Shown here piece by piece: positions 25,801-35,994 of a stretch of 64,000 bases of DNA. The stretch covers positions 2,730,001 to 2,794,000 of the forward strand of contig JASTWF010000033.1 of NCBI GenBank assembly GCA_030390025.1, in the 5' to 3' direction. Source of the stretch: Squalus acanthias. Its lineage: Eukaryota. Within the stretch, counting starts at the first letter, position 1. Each line of letters starts with the position of its first letter. Both the position numbers and the translations under genes were made by a program. The notes beneath the pieces were generated by a model. The model had not been told where the DNA came from. It saw only the letters and a program-made list of their open reading frames with translations, and ran no database searches.

Positions 25801-26996
25801 TGCCTGTGTCGTGGCTTGTTTCAAAGCACTAATCGCAGCAGTAGGTTGGACACCCCATACGGGTTGTATCTCCCTTTAAAAGATCATACAAATGTTTAGC
25901 CAAGACTGCAAAATACGGAATAAAATTTCGCTGGTATTCGAGCAAACCTAAAAAGGATCGCAATGCAGTCTTTGAAACTGGTAATGGGAGTCGCTGAATA
26001 GTCTCTATCTTCTTGTGGTCCGGACTAAGGCCAGTCGCTGAAATTTTTACTCCCAGAAAGGTAACCTCATCTTTTGCCAGCTGACCCTTTTTTGGATTTA
26101 TTTTCAGCCCTGCCTTTTGTACTAATCCTATCAGCTCATCTAGGAGTTCTAGGTCTTCTTCCATTGTTTCAGTAGCCAAAAGTAGATCATCAACATCCTG
26201 TAGAAGGGCTGAAGGTTTAGAAAAGTATTTAGCTGCTCGTGCCGTATACTGATGAAAGATCGATGGCGAGATATGAAACCCTTGCGGTCGTCACGTAAAT
26301 GTGTAGCCCTGCCCTTCAAACGTGAAAGCAAATTTGTACTGGTCCTCCTGAGCAACTGGAATACTCCAAAAACCACTCACTCTGTCTAAGATGGAGAAGA
26401 CAGTGGCCTTGGGGGGTATGGATTGTAGTAGTGAAGGGGCTTGACTAACAGTCGGGATTTGACGTGGGGAAGCTTTATTTAAGGCACGGTAATCAATAAT
26501 AAACCTCCAAGATTCATCCGGCATCCTAACTGGCCATGCAGTGGAATTGCTATTTAATTAACATTTGCGCAGTACTCCTTGTTCTTCCAATGAGGCAATG
26601 ACTGTTCGCAAATACGGATTACTTTCTCGGCGAATCTGATATTGTTTACATGCGCGATGGGATGGCCCATTAATTCGCGTCACCCTTTCCATCCTTTCGA
26701 AGTCGTGTTTAGATTTAGCAAAGGCTTCTGCATGTTTGGTCACGAAAGAGTTAACAGCAGGCAGAGAATGTGTCAGAGTGCTATCTGCTCAGGCTTCTTT
26801 ACAGCAAATAACGAGCGAGCGTCTGAGATTTGAACTACATCCCCCGGTTTAGACTCAACCCATAAACAATTCTGATTGTAATCTATAATGGCTGTCATTC
26901 CCCTTAGGGTATATTTCCCAAGTAGCCCATTCTGTATGTCATACACATGTACAATGGATCGGTAATTTTTACGGGGAATTCCTCGAGGGAAATATT
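22810..26996 (-). pseudogene. pol: Retroviral pro-pol (protease remnant, RT, tether, RNase H, integrase)
   Basis: NGLLG..L...AIID protease C-terminus; WRFIIDYRALN; LDRVSGFWSIP; LQDVDDLLL (YVDD position, ~26190); RPIAYASR tether; VYVD..S, QQAEL, WSDSSY, NQMAD RNase H; HSH..AGH, QIDFIGPL, SDQGPHF, SSGIAER integrase; ends WFHINQMK. Confidence 0.92.
23328..24070. mobile_element. MITE family A copy 3 in integrase
   Basis: TIRs GGCCCAAAAATT / AATTTCTGGGCC; ATT TSD; integrase continues on both sides (ERGNRT..|MLQKLC). Confidence 0.92.
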
Positions 26997-27725
26997 GGGC
27001 CAGAAATTCGGGTCTCCACGGATGAGTACGCGCAGGGTACTCACCCGCAGATTCAACGAAAGTGTCGGTTTCGCGCATGCACTGTGCATGCGCTGGAAAC
27101 CGGAACTTCCGTTCCCCTGAAGGAAGGGGTTCAGAGATCGAACGCGTGCGCCGGCGAGGCAGCGCATAGACCTCGAACTTCGTTTTTTTTTCAGGTTTCT
27201 CCATAAGGGTAAGTACGGAGAAGCTGTGCGGGGAAAAAGGAGGCGCAAGGCCTGCTTTTAACAAGGTAAGTGGTGAATTACGTACAATTTAAACATTTTT
27301 TCAACAGGTTTATCTTTTTTACATACTTTAAATAAAGGTAAGTTTATTTTTAGCACCGTTAAAAAGTGTAATAAATTTTTTCAAAAATTAAAATTTTTGT
27401 TTATAGTAGTTAATTTATGTAAATTATAGTTTTTTTAAAAATCTGTTGATTTTTTTTTAATTTATTTTAAGTTTTAGTGAGGTTTTGGGGCCGATCTCTA
27501 TTCATAGATTTGACTGGTCCGATTGGCTCTCCATGGCCCACGTGATCCCAGGGGACGCTTCGAACTAACTGCGCCCCTGGGATACACAAGCACTCCGCGC
27601 CGGCAGCTGGAGGAGGCCCAGGAGCCGAATTCCACGCGTGCCCGAAGCACAACGGCAGCCGCGGTATGCAAGTACGTGCGCGATTCTTGCACCCGCGGAA
27701 AGCCGGAGAGCCGAATTTTTGGCCC
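26997..27725. mobile_element. MITE family A copy 4 at the gag/pro junction
   Basis: TIRs GGGCCAGAAATTCGG / CCGAATTTTTGGCCC; flanks ATT and AAT. Confidence 0.9.
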
Positions 27726-29560
27726 AATACGTGTCTGCATCATACATGACATTCTTTCAAAACGTGAGTCCATGGCGTCCAGCCTGCTATCCACTGGATG
27801 AAGTGAACGGGACGGTCCATATCTCGGGTAATAAAAGTTATTCCTCCCACCTCCCGAGCCTGTTTGTCTAGGACTTAGGCAATCTTTTGCAAAGTGTCCC
27901 ATCTTGCCGCAGTTGTAACACATCAACGATTGCCTACGGGGGTTTGATACTAGAGAAGCCTGGGGTCCCTCAAATATACTTACTGGCGTTTCTGTTGTTG
28001 ATGCCTGGACCTGAATTTTAGCTTAGTCCCATGGAGAAGTAGCTTCTCTTAGAAGGGCTGTCCATTGCATGTTGTGGCTGACCGTGCGCCTAAAGCTGCT
28101 CGCAGTGAGTCTGAATATTCTTCAAATATATTTTCTTAAATGCAGCTTAATCCTTCCCGTTCAAAACATCAACTTTGGAGCGTGCTTGCATCATTTCATA
28201 AATACTGTACAACCGATCTCTGAAAGCAGCAGGGTTCTCATGAGGCCCTTTTTGGGTTTGGTTTAATTTCTGAACCAAATCAATAGTATCCAAGCCTAAG
28301 CTGTTAGTATATATGTGATTAAGACATTCAGTGTGTTCCCCACATTAAAGGCCAAGAAGGGGCGACTAGTCCGTATGTCCAGAGTGAGAGCAGACAGTGC
28401 AACATTCTTCATGTCATTGTCCTCAAAATTAGGATGGTAATTCCAGAATGCAACTATACATTGCCTTAGCTCTATAGGGCATCTTTGTGGATTAACTGGT
28501 CCGAATTGTTGGACACATGCCTGTAGTTCTGCATAGTTTAGGGGCTGGGATCTTTCATAATTACCTGCCCACAGTATCCTTCGAGCTGCCGTTGGTTGTA
28601 CTCCTCCTTGTGGCTGCACCCCCTCAAAAGCTGGTGGCGCGTTAGGAATCATTGGGTACGAGTCAGGACATTAACCGGAGCTCTAACGGGCGCAAGTTCG
28701 TCCGCTGAGGTTTCGATTATATTTTTATTAGCATAGGCTGGAGGTCTTTCAGCCAGGTCGATTGTGTCATATGGGACGGGGACCTTACGGGAAGGAAATA
28801 TCAAGGGAGATTATAGCTCCCCGCTTAACCCCTCGCGTTCTTTATCATAACTTTTGGGTGGGTCTACTCCCGTGACTGCGGCTATTACAGCCCATTGTTT
28901 ACCCAACTGATTTTCTAACTGTTGTATTGTATTCTGACATTGCTTGTGGTCTAACTCCCTGTGGGGGCGCTGAAGAGCCTCTCTCGGGGCCCCTCGTGAA
29001 TAATTTAATTGGCTGATCTAACAGTCATTATCTTTTGTTAAGAAGGCTACTTGGCTTTTACCCTCCTCAAGATTCTGTATTGCAGCGTCTGCATGAACTG
29101 CAGTAATACTCTGCTGTTGTATTATTGCTGTTGCAGCACCGATTAGTCCTTGAAGGACTTCTTGTGTATTGTTTAATTATACAGTTTCTTTTTCCCATTT
29201 TAATTTCTCACCCTGTAGCTTTAGATTCTCTTCTATAAGCTGTTCCAATTTTGACTTTTTACCCTGTAACGTTAGATTCTCTTCTATAAGCCGTAGTTTG
29301 TATTTTTCTAATTTATCCTGCTCATCTTCCATCTCTAGGAATGTTTATTTATCTTGTTTTACACAACACACAGCGGCATAGGCCATTAGCTGCGCTGCCC
29401 AATCCGGTTTCCGTTTCTTTTCCTTAACTTGACTTTCAATGAACGCCACAACGTCCACGAAAAGTACCTTCGCATCCTTTGTTAGACATTCTACTAACAT
29501 CTGTAACTGTGCCTCATCGCACTTCTTCATTAACTTCGCTTAATAGTCTCCAAGAAAATT
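27726..29560 (-). pseudogene. gag: Retroviral gag (N-terminal coiled coil, PPxY, capsid-like region, CCHC knuckle)
   Basis: CYNCGKMGHFAKDC knuckle at ~27880-27920; PPAY at 28733-28744; E/K/L/Q-rich helical region 28900-29400; start codon uncertain. Confidence 0.82.
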
Positions 29561-29711
29561 CTCACTCGAAATTCTGCTGTACGTTAAAGAGACACTGTCT
29601 GTTAGAAAACCAGACTTTCCACGAGGATCCTCGTTGATCAGAGGAAAATCCAAGTGAAAATCCAAACGCCTGCTTTCTGCACAATAGACCTGGTTTCAGT
29701 TAATAGTCACA

Positions 29712-29729
29712 GTCCCTGTCCGGGCGCCA
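29712..29729 (-). promoter_or_regulatory. Primer binding site, tRNA-Lys3
   Basis: TGGCGCCCGGACAGGGAC, 17/18 match to the canonical Lys3 PBS TGGCGCCCGAACAGGGAC, 3 nt from the LTR end. Confidence 0.92.
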
Positions 29730-29732
29730 AAT

Positions 29733-30479
29733 TGTAGCTTCCAAAGGCTGTTATAATAATTTGGCCGTGACTACAAAAATCACTCTGGGTACAGGTATAT
29801 TGTGTAGAAGTTAAATAGGTTTATTAAGCATTAAACATCCAGGACAAGGAAGTAATACTTAACAAGGAGATAGTCACAGTCTTGTTCCATTGAGGAACGC
29901 TGTTCCTTCCGAGCGACTGTGGTGCGGTCTCTTTATTCTCTTGCTGTTTTCTCTTGACTGAAGCTCCTTCAACTCGGATTGTGGGTTCGTGCTGCCTTCA
30001 GTGTTCAATATCCATATGTTTATACACTTTCCCTTTCTTTGCATACGTGACTGCAATCAGCTATCTGACACCTGGCACCTGCTTTTGACCTTGTTGATCC
30101 CACTAGATCTCGCTTTGTGCATAGGAAAGGGCCCATTATCTTTACATGTTCTCTTTCCAAAGACCATTTCCCAAGATGTTATCTAAACATCACTGAGGGG
30201 TGCCTTTAATTTTTCTGTCTGATCTCTTCTCTTCTCTCTTTTCCATCACATTACTGAATACCACGTTCCTGACAGTCTCCATAAACTTAGCATTCCATTC
30301 CATTACTTCAGTCATTGAAAACACAGCGAGTTTCATTCAGTTTGGCATAATTTCCCATCCTGCTTTTCTCTCAGCCATTCGCCATTATATACAGGCTTTT
30401 AGGCTTTTACTATACAATTTCACATATTAGAGTTATACAAAAAATGTTTACTAATCGTACAAATACACCCTATCCTACA
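29733..30479 (-). repeat. 5' LTR
   Basis: TGTAG...CTACA termini; minus-strand TATAAA at 30019-30024 and AATAAA at 29820-29825; adjacent PBS. Confidence 0.93.
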
Positions 30480-30583
30480 ACTCCATTTATAATTGTACCG
30501 TTTATTTCATATTGCCTCTCCATATTTTCATCCCAGATTTATACTTCGAAATAAACTGCATTGAATTTCATCTGTCATTTTTT

Positions 30584-31897
30584 TCAATTTTTATTCATTA
30601 ATGGGATGTGGGCGTCGCTGGCATGGCCAGCATTTATAGCCCATCCATAATTGCCCTTTAGAAGGTGGTGGTGAGCCTTCCTGAATCGCTGCATTCCGTG
30701 TGGTGAAGGTACTCCCACAGTGCTGTTAGGGAGGGAATTCCAGGAATTTGACCCAGCGTTAATGAAGGAACGACGATATACTTCTAAGTAAGGATGATAT
30801 GTGACTTGGAGGGGAACTTGGAGGTGGTGGTGTTCCCGTGCGCTTGCTACCCTTGTCCTTCTAGATGGTAGAGGTCGTGGGTTTGGGAGGTGCTGCCGAA
30901 GAAGCCTTGGCGAGTTGCTGTAGTTGGTACGCACTGCAGCCACGGTACGCCGGTGGTTGAGGGAGTGACTGGTTAAGGTGGTGGATGTGGTGCCAATCAA
31001 GTGTGCTGCTTTGTTCGGGATGATGTCGAACTTCTTGAGTGTTGTTTGAGCTGCACTCATCCAGAAAAGTTTAGAGTATTCCTTCACACACCTGACTTGT
31101 GCCTTATAAATGGTGGAAAAGGCTTTTGCGATTCAGGAGGTGAGACACTCGCCGGAGGATACCCAGCCTTTGACCTGCTCTTGTAGCCACAGTATTTATG
31201 TGGCTGGTCCAGTTAATTTTCTGATCAATGGTGACAGCCAGGACATTGATGGTGGGGGATTTGGCGATGATAATCCCACTGAATGTCAATGTTACGTGGC
31301 TCTTGTTGGAGATAATCATGACCTGGCACTTGTGTGGCGCGAATGTTACTTGCCACTTATCAGGCCAAGCCTGTAAATCGCCCAGGTTTTGCTGCATGCG
31401 GGCATGCACTGCTTCATTATCTAAGCAGTTGCGAATGGAAGTGAACAATGTGAAATCTTCAATGAACATCCCCACTTCTGACATTATGATGGAGGGAAGG
31501 TCATTGATGAAGCAGCTGAAGATGGTTCGGCATAGGACTCAGCTCTGCAGTGATGTCCTGGGGATTAGATTATTGAACTTCTACAACCATATCCTTCTTC
31601 CTTTGTACTCGGTATGACTCCAGCCAGTGTAGAGTTTCCCTCCTGATTCCCATTGACTTCAGTTTTACTCGGGCTCCTTGATGCCAGACTGGGTCAAATG
31701 TTACCTTGATGTCAACAGCAGTCACTCACCTCACCTCTGGAATTCAGCTCCTTTGGCCTTGTTTGGACCGAGGCTGTAAAGAGTTCTGGAGCCGAGTGGT
31801 CGCGGCGGAACCTGAACTGAGCGCCAGTGAGCAGGTTATTGGTGAGTAAGTGCCGATTGATAGCACTGTTGATGACAGCTTTCATCACTTTGCTCAT
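30584..31897 (-). mobile_element. Non-LTR retrotransposon fragment (same family as 15415-16085)
   Basis: RT ORFs 31104-31484, 31712-31897 and 30584-31087; T-rich tail at ~30577-30600. Confidence 0.82.
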
Positions 31898-31999
31898 TTC
31901 ACCTGTCTGTCTATGTCCTCCTGATGCCTACTACTATCCTGCTCAGTCTTTATTACATTTCTGAGTTTCCTGTTATCTTCAAACATTCAAATGATGCCC

Positions 32000-32070
32000 T
32001 TATATATATATATATATATATAAATATATATATGTATAAATATAGATATATCAATATCATTAATATATAT
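32000..32070. repeat. (TA)n microsatellite
   Basis: Direct reading. Confidence 0.9.
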
Positions 32071-32694
32071 CAAAAAGAGCAGTGGTCCGAATAGCGACCC
32101 CTGGGGGACACCACTGTAAACTTCCCTGCAGTCTGAACAACCACGTTAACCACTATACTCTGTTTTCTGTCGCTTAGCCAACGTCAGATCCCCACTGCCA
32201 CTGCCCCTTTGGTCCTAACAAGGCTATTCAATGGCACTTTATCAAATGCATTTTGAAAGTCTATACACACAACATCAACCGCACTCCGCTCATCAAACCT
32301 CTTTGTTACTTCATCAAATAACTCAATCAATTTTGGCAGTGAACCTTTGCCGTTAGCATATCCGTGCTGTTTGTAATTTATTAATCTACGTTTTTCCAAG
32401 TGAGAGGTAATTTTCTCTGGGAATATGGCCTCTAGAAGTTTCCTCACCAGCAACATTAAGCTGACTGGCCTGCAGTAACAGGGTTTATCCCTCTCTCCTT
32501 TTTTAAGCAGGGTGTAACATTTACAACCCTCCAGCCCTCTGGCACCACTCCCATATTCAAGGAGGCTTGAAATATTATGGCCAATGCCTGCGATATTTCC
32601 AACATTCCTTCATCAGCAACGCTCATAAATCACATCCGGACCGGGTAAATCTCCTACTTTATTGTGGTACAAAAAGAGCTGGATTGAAAGGGGT

Positions 32695-32796
32695 TAACTG
32701 AAGCTGTTTGTTTAGTGACTGTAATTAATGTCAGTCTCCACGGGCTAACTGAAGATGTTTGTTCAGTGACTGTAATTAATGTCAGTCTTCATGGAC
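32695..32796. repeat. 51-bp tandem duplication upstream of GPCR exon 1
   Basis: taactgaag.tgtttgtt.agtgactgtaattaatgtcagtct occurs twice (32695, 32746). Confidence 0.85.
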
Positions 32797-32897
32797 TCTA
32801 ATTGTATCAGTGCAGGGTTTCCCTCTTCTATTAATAAGACACTCCTTTCAATGTGTTATCCCATAGTGTCAATGAGAGTATTACCTCCAGCACTAAC

Positions 32898-33105
32898 ATG
32901 GATCAGCGCGCTGCTTTACAGAGAGTGAGTCGGAAGCTGAGAACAGAAGATTGGAATGTTACAACAATGGGCAGGAGTTTCTCCTGGGCGTTTGATTTTC
33001 TTTCTGCATATTATGATTATCTAGGATTAGACACGCAGATCTATTATTCATTTGTGATTATTCAATACTTTTACTACCCCCTCCTTGCTGCTGTTGGTGT
33101 TCCTG
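32898..33105 (+). CDS. GPR139-like GPCR exon 1 (N-terminus and first half of TM1); exon 2 not seen in the window
   Basis: ATG...WNVTTM...IQYFYYPLLAAVGVP-G|GTAAGT; phase-1 donor complementary to the paralogous acceptor at 1060 (G|TT AAC = VN); NVT sequon; alternative ATG at 32967. Confidence 0.8.
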
Positions 33106-33269
33106 GTAAGTCTCTGTATCCATCTATTAAGTGCAAAATGTTGCTAACTCTATTACTGTTCACGTTAGTTACTCTCTCATCTTTGTTGCTCTTAGTGTCT
33201 TTGGTAAGGCTCTATATCCAGCAATTAGATCTGTAAATAACGTTTCACTGTATTACTGTTTTTGTCATT

Positions 33270-33730
33270 TAGATCTTGGGAAGAGGAAAGCCATTGTGTT
33301 CGGTCCGCGTCACAAACTCCTTTCTCTATCTATCGACTCAGTCCCCCTCCCTCTTCAATGTCTGAGGCTCAACCAGACTGTTCTTAACCCCAGCAGTCTC
33401 GTTGATCCTGAGCTGAGTTCCGACTTCACATTCTCTGAATCACCAGGGTTACCTACTACCACCTCCATAATATCGTCAGTCTCCACCCCGCATTAGCCCT
33501 TCCGCTTTATTGAACCCTCTTCCGTACCTTTGTTAAATCCAACTCGATTATTCCAATACTCTCCTGGCTGAACACCCAGTTACAAGCCTCCATAAAATAG
33601 AACTCAGCCAAAACTCTGCTGCTCATATCCGAACACCCATCAAGACCCGTTCACCCATCACCCCTGTGCTCGCTGACCACCATTTCCTCCCGATCTGGCA
33701 ACACCTCGATATTAATATTCCCCTCCTTAA
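33270..33730 (+). mobile_element. L2-type LINE fragment
   Basis: Homologous (reverse) to 59480-59890. Confidence 0.7.
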
Positions 33731-33949
33731 GATCAAATCCAACCATGGCTTCACCCTTCCAATTAGTCCCGTTCTTGTGCGCTTTTCCCATAGTTCTTGA
33801 AAATTGTTCCGCTTCAAGTATTTATCCAAATCCCCTTTTTAAGTAAATTTCTCTCCTCCTGTAACTCTCCCAGTCATTCTGCTTCTATTTTTATTTCTTC
33901 CCTTCTCTCAGTCTCTCTACCTCTCTCTTCTCTCTCTCTGACTCTTGCT

Positions 33950-35345
33950 CATAGAATCATAGAGTGATACAACACAGCAGGAGGCCATTCGAACCACCAT
34001 GACCGTGTCGTCTCTTTGAAAGAGCTGACTAATTAGTCCTGCTCTTTAGCTAGAGCCCTGTAAAAATGTCCCGTTCTACTAATTATCCAATTCCCTTTCG
34101 AAAGTTACTGTTGAATCTGCTTCCATCACGTTCTCAGAAAGTGCATTCCAGATCACAACAATTCACTGCGTAAAGAAAGTTTTCCTCATCTCTCCTCTGG
34201 TTCTTTTGCCGATTACTTTAAATCTGTGACCTCTGGTTACCCAACTTTCTGCCACTGGAAATAGTTTCGACTTACTTTCTCTAGCAAAACCCTTCATGAT
34301 TTTAAACATCTATATTAAATCTCCCTTTATGGAAAAGGACAAAGATAGACCAGGTGCAAAATTGTTCTCAATTGGAGAAAGTTCAATTTTACTAAGCTGA
34401 GATGTGATTTAGCAAAAGTGGACTGGAAGCAGCTACTTGAAGCAAAAGCAGTGTCAGAGCAGTGGGAGATTTTATTCCAGATATATTTAATTAACTTGGT
34501 TTCTGTCTGTTGTCTTTTAGTCTTTAACTTAGGGCAGAGTGGTATACTAATTCGATAATTCGATAATTCTATCTTCCTTAACTTTCGCTAATCTAAAAAG
34601 AACAATCCCACCTTCTCCAGTCTCTCCACATAACTGAAATCCCAGATCCGTGGTATCATTCTGGTAAATCTCCTCTACACCTTCTCTAATCCTTGACATG
34701 CTTGCCAAAGTGTGGTGCTCAGAATTGGACAGAATTCTCCAGCTGCGGGCTGGCCAGTGATTTATAAAATGTTAGCCTTTCTTCCTGGATTTTGTTATTC
34801 TGTGTCTCTGTTTGTAAAGCCAAGGACTCCGTATTCTTTATCAACATCCACCGCAACTTGTCCTGCCAACTTCAAAGATTTCTGTAAGTAAACCCCAGGT
34901 GTCTCTGATCGTGCACCCGCTTTAAAATTGTACCGTTCAGTTTATATTGCCTCTGCTTTACTTCCTAACAAAATGTATCATTTCGCCCTTCTCTGTGTTA
35001 AATTGTATCTGCCATGCGTCTGCCCTTTTCACCAGTCTGTCTGTGTCCTCTTGAAGTCTGATACTATCATTCTCACTGTTTATTAACATTTCCGAGTTTC
35101 CTGTCATCTGCAAACTTTGAATTTATGCGCTGTATACCCAAGTCCACGGCATTGATGTACATGGAAATAGCAATGGTCCCAACACCGACCCCTGGGGAAC
35201 TCCACTATATACTTCATCCAGTCTGAAAAACAACCGTTGATCATTGCTCTCTGCTTTCTGTCTCGTAGCCCATTTCCGAGCCATGTTGCTACTGCCCCTT
35301 TAATCCCACGGGCTTCAATTTTGGTATCATGTGGTACTTTATCAA
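33950..35345 (-). mobile_element. Old CR1 3' fragment with a small internal insertion (~34330-34570)
   Basis: CATAGAAT tail; FDKVPH...DRKQRAMINGCFSDW RT remnant. Confidence 0.7.
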
Positions 35346-35856
35346 ACAACAACAACAACTTGCATTTATATGGCCCCTTTAACGTAGTAAAACGTCCAAA
35401 GGCGCTGCACAGGAGTATTTTCAGACAAAACATTTGACACCGATCCACATAAGGTAAGTTAGGCCAGGTGTCTAAAAGCTTGCTCAAAGAGGTAGGTTTT
35501 AAGGAGCGTCCTAAAGGAGGAAAGGGAGGTAACGAGACGGACAAGCTTAGGTAGGGCATTCCAGAGCTTAGGGCCGAGGCAACAGTAGGCACGGCCACCA
35601 AAGGTTGAGCGATTATAATCAGGGATGCTCAAGAGGGCAGAATTAGAGGAGCGCAGATATCGCCGGGTGTTGTGGGGCTGAATGAGATTACAGATATAGG
35701 AACGGGCGAGGCCGTGGAGAGATTTGAAAACAAGGATGGGAATTTTGAAATCGAGACGCTGCTTAACCGGGAACCAATGTAGGTCAGCGAGCACAGGTGT
35801 GATGGGCGTACGGGACTTGGTGCGACTTAAGACACGGGCAGCCGAGTTTTGGATGT
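35346..35856 (-). mobile_element. L2-type LINE 3' end
   Basis: IQNSAARVL...HWFPVKQRLDFKI...FGGRAY; (AAC)n tail. Confidence 0.85.
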
Positions 35857-35994
35857 CCTCATCCAACCCCTTTTGAAGGGATAGGGAAATTGGGAAATTG
35901 CCTTAATCTTGAGCTGCTGCAGTCCTTGTGTTGTAGGTGCTCCCACAATAATTTTACGGAAGGAATTTCAGGCTTTTGACCCAGTGACGGTGAA

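Larger units (their letters stand above)
16086..30479 (-). mobile_element. Endogenous retrovirus provirus, lokiretrovirus-like (LTR-gag-pro-pol-env-LTR)
   Basis: Paired LTRs, Lys PBS, CCHC Gag, RT, tether + RNase H, integrase and env all collinear on the minus strand; family assignment is inference. Confidence 0.9.
30480..32660 (-). mobile_element. Old CR1 fragment interrupted by a LINE (30584-31897) and (TA)n
   Basis: 30480-30583 joined to 31898 onward matches 34920-35100; RT remnant DFQNAFDKVP at 32184-32456. Confidence 0.7.

Noticed and set aside
16086..30479. Foamy virus or Ty3/gypsy assignment
   Set aside because: The CCHC knuckle, Lys3 rather than Lys1,2 PBS and lack of accessory ORFs between env and the LTR argue against foamy; double RNase H plus env argues against Ty3. 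Phylogeny is still needed
32853..33236. 127-aa single-exon ORF
   Set aside because: GPCR similarity ends at the GTAAGT donor (33106); the remainder is intron read-through
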